Assembly (NCBI RefSeq): GCF_009914755.1
Contig: NC_060936.1
DNA length: 64,000 nt
Direction: 5' to 3' (one strand)
DNA from: the human T2T-CHM13v2.0 reference genome, Homo sapiens
The notes under the pieces were generated by a model. It saw nothing but the letters and a program-made list of their open reading frames with translations, was not told the origin of the DNA and did not search any database. How positions within the stretch are numbered: position 1 is the first letter of the stretch; each line of letters starts with the position of its first letter. Below are positions 26,936 through 42,593 of this stretch, piece after piece. The translations under genes and the position numbers were made by a program.

Positions 26936-27262
26936 TTAGGCCCCCAACCCCTGGGCCATGGACTGGTACTGGTCCGTAGCCTGTTAGGAACCAAGCTGCA
27001 CAGCAGGAGGTGAGAGGTCAGTATTACCACCTGAGCTCCACCTCCTGTCACATCAGTGGTGGCGTTAGATTCTCACAGGACCGCGAACCCTATTGAGAAC
27101 TGCACATGTGAGGGATCCAGGTTGTGCACTCCTTATCCTTATGAGAATCTAACTAATGCCTGATGATCTGAGGTGGAACAGTTTCATCTCAAAACTCCCC
27201 CCACCCCCAAAAATTGTTTTCCATGAAACCAGTCCCTGGTGTCAAAAGGTCGGGGACTGCTG
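26936..27262 (+). mobile_element. MER1B (hAT-Charlie MITE)
   Basis: ccccaacccctgggccatggactggtac...ggggactgctg. Confidence 0.85.
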
Positions 27263-27821
27263 GTATAGATGAAGCAGAATTCTTGGGCTATAGACGATGT
27301 ACACTTTCGACTTTGCAGATATCACCAAATTGCTTCCCAAAGCAGTAGTTATCAATTAATTTACCTTCTTATCTTGAGAATTCCCATTTTCTATATTCTT
27401 GTCAACATTTGGTATTGATAAACTTTTTTTTAACCTTTATGATGAAGGTGAAACAGTGTTTCATTATTGCATTACTTTGCATTTTCTTGATTACAAGTGA
27501 TATTATCCTTTCAAATATTTTCTAGCTATTTAATAGAGTATATAGACTCAGAATTATATAGAATTATGTATTTATAATTTTGCTCATTTTTTCCTAGTGT
27601 GTATATTTTTCTTATCCTTGTTAACTTACATAAGTTCTTAATATATTTTGAGAAATAAATCCTTTGTCCCTTTAGTTTTCAAATACCTTTTCCTAGTTTA
27701 TGACTTCCTTTAACTTTGTTTTACAGAAAGTTTTGATTTTATTATCGTCATATTTATGTATTTTTTCTTTGACTTTTCCTTTTTTATCTTGACTGAGAAC
27801 TACTTTCCTAAACTGAGATCA

Positions 27822-28136
<315 letters not shown>

Positions 28137-28322
28137 TTAAAAAGTCATTTTTATTAATTTATTCTAAGTTTTGAAGCTTGATTTTCACATAATCAAACAT
28201 TTAAAACATTTAAAACTCCACATAAACTATGCATTAACATTTAAAACTCCACAGAGTAAACTATGTCTTTGTGTATTATTTTAGATATATAATAATAATA
28301 AAATACAACATAATACAATATA

Positions 28323-28441
28323 ATAATAAAAATAACTATTTTCATTTATATAATGCTTAGTATATGGTAGTTTGTGTGCATGTTCCATTTCTAATCCCTA
28401 CAACAGCTCAGATGAAGAAATTGAAGCTAAGTTACCTGTTT
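28323..28441 (+). repeat. ~120-bp local direct duplication, copy A (copy B at 30034-30150)
   Basis: Near-identical stretch ataataaaaataactatttt...gaagctaagttacctgttt. Confidence 0.9.
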
Positions 28442-28487
28442 TAATTTTGTTTTTTACATGTGGAAAGCCTACCTTACCAACATCATT

Positions 28488-28785
28488 TCTTTCTTTTTTT
28501 TTTTTTGAGACGGAGTCTTGCTCTGTTGCCCAGGCTGGAGTGCAGTGGTGCGATCTCTGCTCACTGCAACCTCCGCCTCCCGGGTTCAAGATCTTCCTGC
28601 CTCAGCCTCCTGAGTAGCTGGGATTACAGGCACCTGCCACCATGCCCAGCTAATTTTTTGTATTTTTAGTAGAGATGGAGTTTCACCATGTTGGCCAGGC
28701 TGGTCTTGAACTCCTGACCTCATGATTCAGCCACCTCGGCCTTCCAAAGTGCTGGGATTACAGGTGTGAGCCACCGTGTTCGGCC
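28488..28785 (-). mobile_element. AluS
   Basis: TSD ACCAACAT(C/T)ATTTCTT. Confidence 0.92.
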
Positions 28786-30033
28786 ACCAACATTATTTCT
28801 TAGCTGTCACATACTGTCATCTTTGTCATATTATAAGTTCTTGCTTGTATCTGATTCTGGAACTGATATTCTTTTCTATTGACCTGTTTTGTCCCTGTTT
28901 GCCTTTGCTTTTTGGTTATTTGACAAACTCATTCTCACCTTCTCAAGGCCATGCCTTCCTTAATGTCCCCTAAGCAGAAATGATTATTCTCTTTGTATGC
29001 TTCCATCTAAGTCTGAGTATTCTTCAAGTAAATGCATGTAAAATAGCATATTACTGACCCTAAGACCTGGAGGCAAGTAGGATGAATATCAAGACCTTAA
29101 AGGCTCTTGGGTTCTCAGCTCTGTACCCCAGGAGACTCTTGGGACCCAGCAGAGCCAACTGTCATTCATACTGAATTAGGGGATTTCTTAAATGGTTTGC
29201 TAGTTTTCTTGCATAGGCTGTTGTAATGGCAAACTGCATGTGTACCACCTGTCTGCCAGGCCCCCTCATGGGCATAGCATTGCACTGGTCATTAGGAAGC
29301 CCCATCTCTGCCTGCCATGTTTAGAGACAATGAGAAACACCTGTTATTATCTTTGATCTTGTGATTTACCCTATCTTAAAGTGATTCCCATTTAGATTTG
29401 CTTTTGGGGGAAAATTTTGGTTTCTTCTCACTCTTCACTAAATGGTCACCACACATTGTAGACCATCACCTGTATTTCTGAGCAACACAGTTACAGGAGC
29501 CAAGCGGTGTTGTCAGATTGAAGAAAATAGTCTACTTCCTTTTCTGGAGAAAACATCAACCAGTATATGGCAGGCTGGACATTCACATGAGAAAGTATAA
29601 TGACACACAGACCAAAGTGTGTAATACACAGATAAAACTGTTGTCTTGTTTAGCTAGGAAGTGCAAGTGAACCTGGTAATATAATACAGTATTATAAGTT
29701 TGGCATTTAACATATGCAGATTAGGATGTAGTGTGGTATTTACTCACTCATTTATGTATTCAATAAATATTTCTTAGTACACACAATGTCTCTGGCTAGG
29801 CATTTGGCAGACCCAAGTTGAGCAGAAAAATCATGGAACTGATGGTGAGAAGGCTTGAGTTCTAGTTCTGGCCCCACCCACTACCTGGTGATAAGACTCT
29901 AGAGAAGCCATTTGACTTTCTGGGTTCTCTTTCCTCAGGCTAAAATAGGAGATTTGGAATAAATTGTTTCTAAAACCTCTCCCAGTCTAAATATGTAATT
30001 TAATGAGTTTGATGTCTCCCACAATATAACAGC

Positions 30034-30150
30034 ATAATAAAAATAACTATTTTATCTATATATGCTTATTATATGGTAGTTTGTATACATGTTCCATTTC
30101 TAATCCTTACAACAGCTCAGATGAAGAAACTGAAGCTAAGTTACCTGTTT
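30034..30150 (+). repeat. ~120-bp local direct duplication, copy B (continues into MIR-like sequence)
   Basis: See copy A. Confidence 0.9.
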
Positions 30151-30423
30151 AAGTTGCTAAGTAACACGCTTAAGACCACAGAACTAGTAACTCAAAGAAC
30201 TGGGATTTGAGTTCAGGCATCTTTGGCTTCAAAGCCCTAATCTATTCACTCAATAATATTCTGCCCTTCAGTTAGTCTTTGATGCAGAATGTCTTCATTA
30301 TCTTAGGTCAGTCTGCAGGCTTCTTTGTGAATATTCATCATCATCAACAGACAACAGACCTCTCCCACTTTCCCTTCCTGCCTCTCTGGATACCGAACAC
30401 AGGCATGATAGAGGCGGCTGTAC

Positions 30424-30505
30424 CTGAGCATCAGGAGAGCGACGAGCAGGAGCAGCACCACAGCTCCAGTGAGGGTGAAGACTGCAATCATCAGGATCTG
30501 AGGGC
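30424..30505 (-). CDS. GUCY2C: GUCY2C exon 11 (82 bp), transmembrane helix (G)[26 protein letters not shown](R)
   Basis: cag|GC...AG|gtacag; hydrophobic stretch in ORF 30303..30542. Confidence 0.97.
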
Positions 30506-30876
30506 CTGTGGCGGAAAATGCGTTAGGAAGGACCTTAGACAAGAGAGCAAAAGCATTTCCAAGATTCTAGCTGTACAATGTAATTTGGGGAAGGGAAAAG
30601 AGAACCCTTTAAAAAAATTTATTTTTTATTAATTTCTCTCTGGTAATATAAGTCCTGTGTCCCTACTCTCTGACAGCCTTGTCTGGCATTGTACCCAGGG
30701 AAAGTGGCTTAATTTTGGCTATTCTGACAGCATATACATCTCTATTCTTTCTAATAAGAATCACCAAATGTTACACAAACATAAAATAGTTTAGAGCACG
30801 TACAAAAAAGTTGGTGGTAGAAGTCTACCTGGTGTCCTTGAAACCAATATACCTAAGAAGGGTTCATAGAGGATGA

Positions 30877-31320
<444 letters not shown>

Positions 31321-31836
31321 TAGAACACTAGTGGGTGGGTGGAGTTGTATAGATGGAGTAAGTGGAAAGACTCTCAGAAGAGTAAGTGGAATCCAGGAAA
31401 ATGTGGATCCAACCCAAGGAAGCACTGAAGCAGTGTCTGAGTATACAAAGGAATACTCCTACACAGAGAAGGACAGCAACAAGAAGACTGCACGGGAAAG
31501 TCGTGGTTCATATATGCCGCAATGAATTCCCTATTAGGAAGTCAGTAGGTTCAAGAAGAAAAAATGGAATAGATTCCAAGCAATAGACAGAATGTGTAAG
31601 AAGCTGGGAAGTGATAGGAGTATGGTGAAGAAGACATGTTTCTTTATACAGCAAGGAAAGAAAAGAGAAATCCAATCAGGAATTCTAAGGAAAAAATGTT
31701 CAAGGAAGGCATAATCCAAAAATGAAACAAAGTAAAATGTGCCCTGACTTTGAGAATTAGGTATTAAAAAAGGAGAGAAAATCAATTTTCCTTTGTGGTA
31801 CAAAAGGGAGACATTGGGGCTATATAGAAAGATGTT

Positions 31837-32162
<326 letters not shown>

Positions 32163-32729
32163 TTAGCTTTATATAAATAATATTCACATAATGAAAATGT
32201 TTCCTTGTTTTCAACTTATAGAATCAAGTTATAGGTAAAGAACAGAGGTCTTTATTTTGGTTACCAAATAAATATTATCAACCCTGGCAAAGAAAAATAT
32301 AGGAGAATTTTGGAGATGGGAAGGAGGTAGAAGAAAGAATTGTGGCACTAACATCTTCATCTTACAAAGTGGGAGGCAAGATATTTTATATACAATTGAT
32401 AGGACAACACTAGAAGCTCATGCATATTAATTAAAATGAAAAAGGTGTTCAATAATTGTACCGACAAAAAAGATATAACTATATGGGAAGAAGTGAGAAA
32501 GAGGGCTAGCGAAGATGAGCTAAATCTTCATGTATCAATACAAAAAATTAATAGATAACTGCTAAAGCTTATAAATCAAGAAATAGAAGCATATTATTTA
32601 GATATGCAAAACAGTAAAAGCAGAAGTGACTGAGAGAGCAGAGATGCACAGAGGTGGGATCAGGTGCATTCACTTTCCATTATGAACACATCTGCTACTG
32701 GATTTTAAAATCATGTGTGTGAATTTTTC

Positions 32730-33056
<327 letters not shown>

Positions 33057-34292
33057 TGATGTAGGTGCCCCAAAAATGAGGTTTTAGGACTTCTTTATGA
33101 AAGCAGAATCCTAAACCTTCACACTGTATTCTCTATCATGACACCATAATCTAAACTCCTGGGGGCACAGTCCATGTCCTACTTATTCATTCCTGTTCAT
33201 CCTTACACCTTTGGCACCCAGCACAAGACCTGGTAAAGTATCAATAAAAATGGCTAATAAAAAATAATAGAAGAAAAACCTGGCCCTGGTCATCTTATTG
33301 CCTGAGAAGAGGCAAGGAGAAGGTGCTTGGACATTAAAATACATAAATAAATTCATATAGAAAGACTCCTGTGCCATTAGGGGTCTCATGTCATATGTAT
33401 TTTAAAACTGTTTTTGTTTAATCATATTATGTCCTTCTGAAGTAGATGGTTTAGCTTGGGGTAAACACTACAGCTCCTTTGTATAAGGGCTGAATTTGAA
33501 GGGTTTATGCTTTGCAGACATGTGACTTTGCCTCTATTACCTTGTTTTGTGTTCATGGGAAATTTTCAATGGTGAAAATGTGAACTTTGGATTTCTACTC
33601 TCATCGGGGCAGAAATAAATTCATACTTTGGAGTTGAACTTGCATTATGGGCACATTTAACTGGTGAATTCTGTTTGTTACTACAATCACCACTTCCATC
33701 ACTATCACCACTATTGCCACTCCCACCATTCTCACGCCCTAAACCCCAGAAAACGAAAGTGAGTACAAGAAATACATTTTCAACAGTGTAGATAATCCCA
33801 CTCACTGGTCTATCAAAATTGCACATCCCCTAGACTAGAGTATAAACTGGAGGGAATATGGGGACTCCTCAGCCCACCTCAATTCTCTGCCTCCTACAGT
33901 ATGAACATCTCACTGTATTAGATATAATTATAATATTTATATATAGTATTTAAATATACTATTTAAATGTAGTCATTTTTAATTAAACATGCTTTTCAGT
34001 TTTGCCTTTTAGATAAACGCAGTATCAAGTTCTAAATTCCAAGGTTAAGCTTCTGCTGCCTTCTGGTGGCTGCTGTAGTTATCACATTCTATTTAACTCA
34101 TCTCACAATGAATGAGAGTTTATAACCTCAAGGTCATATGATATTACGGTTGGAAGGAACCTGATAAACTTCTTGATTTAACAGGGGAAGAAACTCACAC
34201 TTAGAAAAGAGAAATAAATTGACTGAAATTAACAGAGTATAGATGAGTGCTGGAGTCCAGAGTAGAAATATATTCAGTTATCTCATGTTGTC

Positions 34293-34328
34293 ATTCATTC
34301 ATTCATTCATTCATTCATTTATTCATTC
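34293..34328. repeat. (ATTC)n microsatellite
   Basis: cattcattcattcattc... read directly. Confidence 0.85.
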
Positions 34329-34376
34329 CAAGGCACTGTGTTGGGGCAAGGAAATATGAATAAGAATAAGCCCTGA

Positions 34377-34681
<305 letters not shown>

Positions 34682-35051
34682 CTAAGGAAAGTTGAGATTC
34701 CGGTTAAATCTTGAGGATGAGTAGATGTTTCCCACCTCTATGGAGAAGTGATAAATTCTATTCCGAGGGAGTAGCATAAATAAGGACACAGCGGCATAAA
34801 TTTGCATGACGCTTTAAGGAAGTAGGGAGGAAGCTGAGAGCATGGGGAAGGGATAGGTGAGTAAAAGATAAGTAGGGAGATTACGGGCACTTTGTGCTGT
34901 ATTAAGTAACTTGGACTGTATTCTGTAGGTAAAGCAGAGTTGCCAATTGACATGTTAGCAACAGTGCAGTGACATGATTGGACTTGTGCTTTCTTTCTGA
35001 TAGCAGGATGGGTTGGATGGAAGTGGGCAGGACTAATGCAGGAAGTCAGTT

Positions 35052-35059
35052 TGACGTCA
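35052..35059. promoter_or_regulatory. Perfect palindromic CRE (TGACGTCA)
   Basis: Motif read directly; function unproven. Confidence 0.35.
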
Positions 35060-35311
35060 TTTTTGTGATACAGGAAGCAGATGCTGAGGACTTGGATGAG
35101 GACGGGCACCAAATCTGCATTGTCCATTGCTATTTCCCAGGTGCTCAGAACATTGTCTGGCATTAAATAAATATCTTTGTTAAATAAATGAAAGAACAGG
35201 GATGGTGTAATCTCTTGGTGAAATGTTTTGTTACTTAGTAGCTGTGTACACACAGATGCAAGTTCCAGTCATGCATATCGTATTTCTATACTATTTCAAA
35301 GGTTGAGTTGC

Positions 35312-36284
<973 letters not shown>

Positions 36285-36440
36285 TCATTGGTAAAGTTTA
36301 GAGCTAAATGTAGTAAGTAACAGTTAAGTATTGAAAAGCTCTGGCTAACTGAGGTTGTTAGTTAACTGAGGCTGAAGTAAAGTTGCTCAGGATAATATAA
36401 CGTCCCTGTAGGATATAGTATGAATATTTAATGTTCACTT

Positions 36441-36501
36441 TAGGAACACTTTTACACTGTTGGTGGGACTGTAAACTAGTTCAACCATTGAGGAAGTCAG
36501 T
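36441..36501 (+). mobile_element. 61-bp internal fragment of young L1 ORF2, no poly(A)
   Basis: 60/61 identical to the reverse complement of window 1251-1311. Confidence 0.9.
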
Positions 36502-37425
36502 TCTCTTTAAGTAAAGAGAACTCTCTCAAAAAGTACTTTTTGAGAAGTTCAGCACTTTAGAAATCACAGACCTATTGAATAACCAAAATACCAAAAAACT
36601 TGAAGGAAATACATTAAAAACACAAACCTAACTTTGTCACTGACAGTTATAATTAAGAAGAAAGAAAAAATAATTTGAACTCAAAAAGTTACAAAAGAAG
36701 TTGAGAGTTGCAGAAGCCCATGAGAAAAGAGATATATTTCAGAAGTCAAGCTTGGTTTAAAACTAGAAAGCTTGAAGATGGTTCCAGAAAGTTTTAAAAG
36801 CTTATTAAATAAAACTCGACTTTAAAAAGCAATCATAGCAATAAATCTGAAGTCAGCTCAGGATTGCTTATTGTCTAGAAGAATGCCATCTTCATTCCCC
36901 CCTCCCTCATTTCGTTAATCAGCTGCTAATACCTGTTGGATAAAAGTACAGGAATCATTTTGGACTTAATTTGACTCATGGAGTGAAAGAAAACTAGAAA
37001 CGCAGGTATAGCTCTGACACAAGCAAGCCCTTCAAACCAGAAATGTTCCCTTTATATCAGATCAAATTTTCAGAGTTTCTGGCTGTAGAGCGGGGCTGGT
37101 ATAAAAATATTTGTAGCTTATAATTTTTAATACTTTTTGAAAATAAGAAACTAATACAGAGTCATTGTGGAAATTTTGGAAAATTCAGAAAAATAGAATA
37201 AAGCAAAAAAAATCTTGCAGGATCCCATCAGTCAGAGGACACCACTCTTAACAGTTTAACATATTTCTTTCCAGTCTTATTTCTATGCATTGTTTTACAA
37301 AGTTAGAATCTCATTAAATAAGAAGCTGTACTTTTCTATTACTTTACATCATAAGTTTTCCCATGTCATTTAACATTCTTCATAAATAATTATTTTTAAT
37401 TGGTTGCCTGATGCTCCATTTGTGA

Positions 37426-38043
<618 letters not shown>

Positions 38044-38621
38044 CTAAATAATTTTATTGATGGTATTTCTACTTTTTTTTTTTTTTTAAATCTTTGGGCT
38101 AAATATCTGTCCAGATTTAAGACTTTTTCTTAAAGATTTTTCCTAGTCACATGGAATTACCACTCATTATGGCAAGCCCTGGCCAAGCCAGTCATGGACA
38201 GATTGTCCTGAGGCCTCGTTGCCCAGGAGATCCTGAGTGGCCCTGCCTGCTGCTGATGGTGAGTATGCAGCTTGCACGGGTGAAAGCTGGCCAAATCATG
38301 TTAGGGCTATTCATGACATGATAGGACCTAATCTTAAGTAGGTGGGTAACTATCATTGCAACCCAAATATGTGTCCAGTATGGGAACAGGGGAGACTGTA
38401 AAGGCCAGGATCACTGGTCACCCCTCAGCCTGATATGTCAAGTATTTCTTGCTGAAATACACAACCTTTTAGCTTATTGCAGTAAAATGTAAATGGAGTA
38501 AGAATATATGTCTCTGTGCTCATTTTTGCCAGTTGTCAAACCCGGTTTTCTGTGGAATAATTTATGTCAAATGGTAGGACATATTTTAAAGATAGGTATA
38601 GCTAAATTAGAATAAGAATGT

Positions 38622-38955
38622 TTTCTTTCTTTCCTTTTTTTTCTTTTTCTTTTTTTTTTTTTTGAGACAGGATCTCACTCTGTTGCCCAGCTGGAGTGCA
38701 GTAGAACAAAGATAGCTCATTGCAGCCTCAACTTCCTGGGCTCAACTGGTCCTCCTACCTCAGCCTCCCAAGTAGCTGGGAACACGGCTGTGTGCCACTA
38801 TGCCTGGGTAATTTTTTTTTTTTTTTAGTATTTTTGGTAGAGACAGAGTTTCACCATGTTGCCCAGGCTGGTCTGAAACTTCTAGGCTTAAGCAGTCTTC
38901 CTGCCTTGGCCTCCCAAAGTGCTGGGATTACAGGCATAAGCCACCATGCCTGGCC
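38622..38955 (-). mobile_element. AluJ
   Basis: Diverged Alu dimer. Confidence 0.88.
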
Positions 38956-39114
38956 AGAAATCACTGTTGAATCAGAACTATAATATCATTCATTGTGCAG
39001 GGAAGTAAGGACCACATTTACAAACTGGACAGCAGGAAATCAAACTGGGACAGCAGACAAAACACAGCAAAAAGCACAGGCTAATTACATAAACAATAGA
39101 CTTTACTTTTCTTA

Positions 39115-39339
<225 letters not shown>

Positions 39340-39956
39340 TTAATGATTCTACACAATGACACTTGATTTCCATAACAATTCTCAGTGAAAAAAGGCAACT
39401 GTTAACCAGCTAGTTAGGATCATTTATTGATTCCCAGCATGAACACAGATATAACTTCAGATGGACCGATTAGTTTCCTATTTCTTTATGCTCATACACT
39501 ACACCATTAACTCCTGTCTGTCCAGCACAGATTCTGTGGGCCTTTAGTGAATCAGTTCAAGTATTTCATTTTTCAAATGTTAAACTAGAGGCTAAGAAAT
39601 ATTAAATGGCTAGCTCCAAGTCACATGATAAATGAAAGACTAGTGTTTTCCACAATATTAAGTTGCTTTTGAAAAAAGCTCTCAAGAAAATGCAGCAGAG
39701 CTAAAATCCATTATGTCATTTTGATACATATCAAGGGGCCCTGAAATAACTACATTTCTTAACTTCTATCCATTACTTAATTTTCTAATCTCTTCTATTC
39801 CTTGGCTCTAATATGCTTTTCTTGTACATGACATTAATTAGTTTCTAAAATAAAAGATTTCATTTTCAAGTCATTTGCCAATGGAAATATTAATATATCC
39901 TTAAATTACTGCTGCATATATTGAGTCAATTTTGTAAGGGAGATCTGAAAGATGAC

Positions 39957-40257
39957 TGATATGGTTTGGCTGTGTCCCCACCAAAATCTCAACTTGAATT
40001 GTATCTCCCAGACTTCCCACGTGTTGTAGGAGGGACCCAGGAGAGGTAATTGAATCATGGGACCGGTCTTTCCCCTGCTATTCTCGTGGTAGTGAATAAG
40101 TCTCACGAGATCTGATGGTTTTATAAGAGGTTTCCCCTTTCACTTGGCTCTCATTCTCTCTTGCCTGCTACCATGTAAGATGTGCCTTTCACCTTCCACC
40201 ATGATTGCGAGGCCTCCCCAGCCTCGCTGGGGAGTCCATGAAACCTCTGAAAAAAAA
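39957..40257 (+). mobile_element. THE1 (MaLR) LTR U3-R part, ending in an A-run
   Basis: TGATATGGTTTGGCTGTGTCCCCAC start; U5 absent. Confidence 0.9.
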
Positions 40258-40584
40258 TTTTTTTTTCTCTTTTTTTTGGGGAAGAAAAGGAGGTTTAATT
40301 TGACTTACAGTTCCACATGACTGGGGAGGTCTCATAATCATGGTGGAGGGTGAAAGGCACTTCTTACATGGTGGCAGCAAGAGAGAATGAGAAAGAAGCA
40401 AAAGTGGAAACCCCTGATAAACCCGTAAGATCTCGTGATACTTATTCACTATCACGAGACTAGCATGGGAAAGACCAGCCCCCGTGATTCAATTACCTCC
40501 CCTGGTCCCTCCCACAACACGTGGGAATTCTGGGAGATACAATTCAAGTTGAGATTTCGGTGGGGACACAGCCAAACTATATCA
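40258..40584 (-). mobile_element. THE1 (THE1A-like) LTR U3-R part with poly(A), inverted relative to the previous copy
   Basis: Minus strand TGATATAGTTTGGCTGTG...ATTAAA(40299-40294)...A8GAGA9. Confidence 0.9.
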
Positions 40585-40651
40585 GTGACCATCCTTTTAA
40601 ATTTACCAGTGTACCCTCAAAATGTTCTGGACAGCAAAGTTATATTTTCTT

Positions 40652-40878
40652 TCTGCAACCTCTGCCTCCCAGGTTCAAATGACTCTCCTGTCTCAGCCTC
40701 CCAAGTAGCTGGAATTACAGGCATGCACCACCATGCCCGGCTAATTTTTGTATTTTTAGTAGAGACAGGGTTTTACCGCGTTGGCCAGGCTGGTCTCAAA
40801 CTCTTGACCTCAAGTGATCCGCCTGCCTCGGCCTCCAAAAGTGCTGGGAATACAGGGGTGAGCCACTGCACCCAGCCC
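40652..40878 (-). mobile_element. Partial Alu (3' end missing)
   Basis: Alu sequence starts at ctgcaacctctgcc. Confidence 0.88.
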
Positions 40879-42269
40879 AATGTTACATTTTCATAACTTT
40901 ACTCTTTCTTTCTTTTTCCTTTATGTTAGGATGTGGCATATTGAATCTCTGTTGAGACCTATCCTGGATATAGATTATCATCCCTTTAACCTTACATTTT
41001 GAGAAGATCTCTGATTTTCCCAAATATACATGTTATATAGCACAACCGATGGTACTACATTATTGAAAAATTCACCCGAATTTGCTTATAGAGAGAATAA
41101 ATGCACAAAGCAACATTTTCCATTTTGAAGTATAGTTATGAGACTGACATTAGATCTCACACGTTTCTGCCTCTCTCTGTGAAGATCATGGGCATCATCC
41201 CAGATGCAAATAACTCAGAGAGGAATGCATGTACCTTTGTAATCGCTATTAGTAACTGAAGTATTGATGGGATCTTATGTTAAGGTATTCTTACGGAATG
41301 TATGCGAAACATAACATTATATTGAAGGTTCAATATAGTATCTAGAAACTACGAATTACATTTATGGAATGCTGCTAGCAAATTTCTGGTTTAGCTTTCT
41401 CAACGTGGACATCTTTTCTCTAGCTTTTCACATTTTCCATTGCAGATATCTTTTACAAAGCTGGGTTGATGTACACATTTAGTATATGACTTAGACTGTC
41501 ATAACACTCACATTGGAAAATGAAAAAAAAAAATGAATAAATTTTATGTTATGTCAGGACCTGACCTCCTATATAAACCTTTTTACTGACCACTTGGTTG
41601 GCTGGAACAGTGGCTTTTATAGTTTGGATGGATACAACATTGGATGACATGAAGACAGGTGTTTTTTTTGTTTTGTTTTTGTTTGTTTGTGATTAAATGC
41701 TGACCAGCCGTCAATGGTGTGCCAGATAAGAAGCTATGCACTGAAAAGATGGAGAGGTGAGTAGACCACTTATTTTCTTTAAAGAACCTACTATTGGGTG
41801 AGGAAAAAAAAGTGAATATAATATGAATAAAAGCATAGCATTACAGGGCTGTTTATGTGGGGCTCAGGTTTACACATTTAATGATTTTCCTGAGAGTTCA
41901 AATGGAGATAACAGGGAATATTTCATTGAAATCTTTAGTTGTGAAAATGAGTAAACAATTCTTAGGAAAGACTTGTGATCCTCTCATTGGTATCCCATCA
42001 ATAGTCTTTTTGTTATATTATGTAATTTATTCTGGGTGGATATTTAAAATATCTATACCTATCTATATGGATATTGATATAGAGGTATAGATATATTAAT
42101 AGTAAATACAGTGGATATTCTGAGTAAGAAGTTTTATGGGTCAAAATGCTTAAGGAATACTACCCTAAGTGGGGCGTAATTGTGAAGTTGAAATGAACTG
42201 TCTTCAGATCCTAAACATAATTTCTCTAATTCTTTTGCTAGTGCTCCTCTTCCAAGTTACCCCTCCTCA

Positions 42270-42593
<324 letters not shown>

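Noticed and set aside
30279-30632. 117-aa + strand ORF opposite the TM exon
   Set aside because: Antisense shadow of the Leu/Val-rich exon 11; no independent coding signal.
34738-35253. 171-aa minus-strand ORF next to the LTR
   Set aside because: Lies largely in decayed L2-like sequence, has no recognisable domain and starts at a non-ATG codon.
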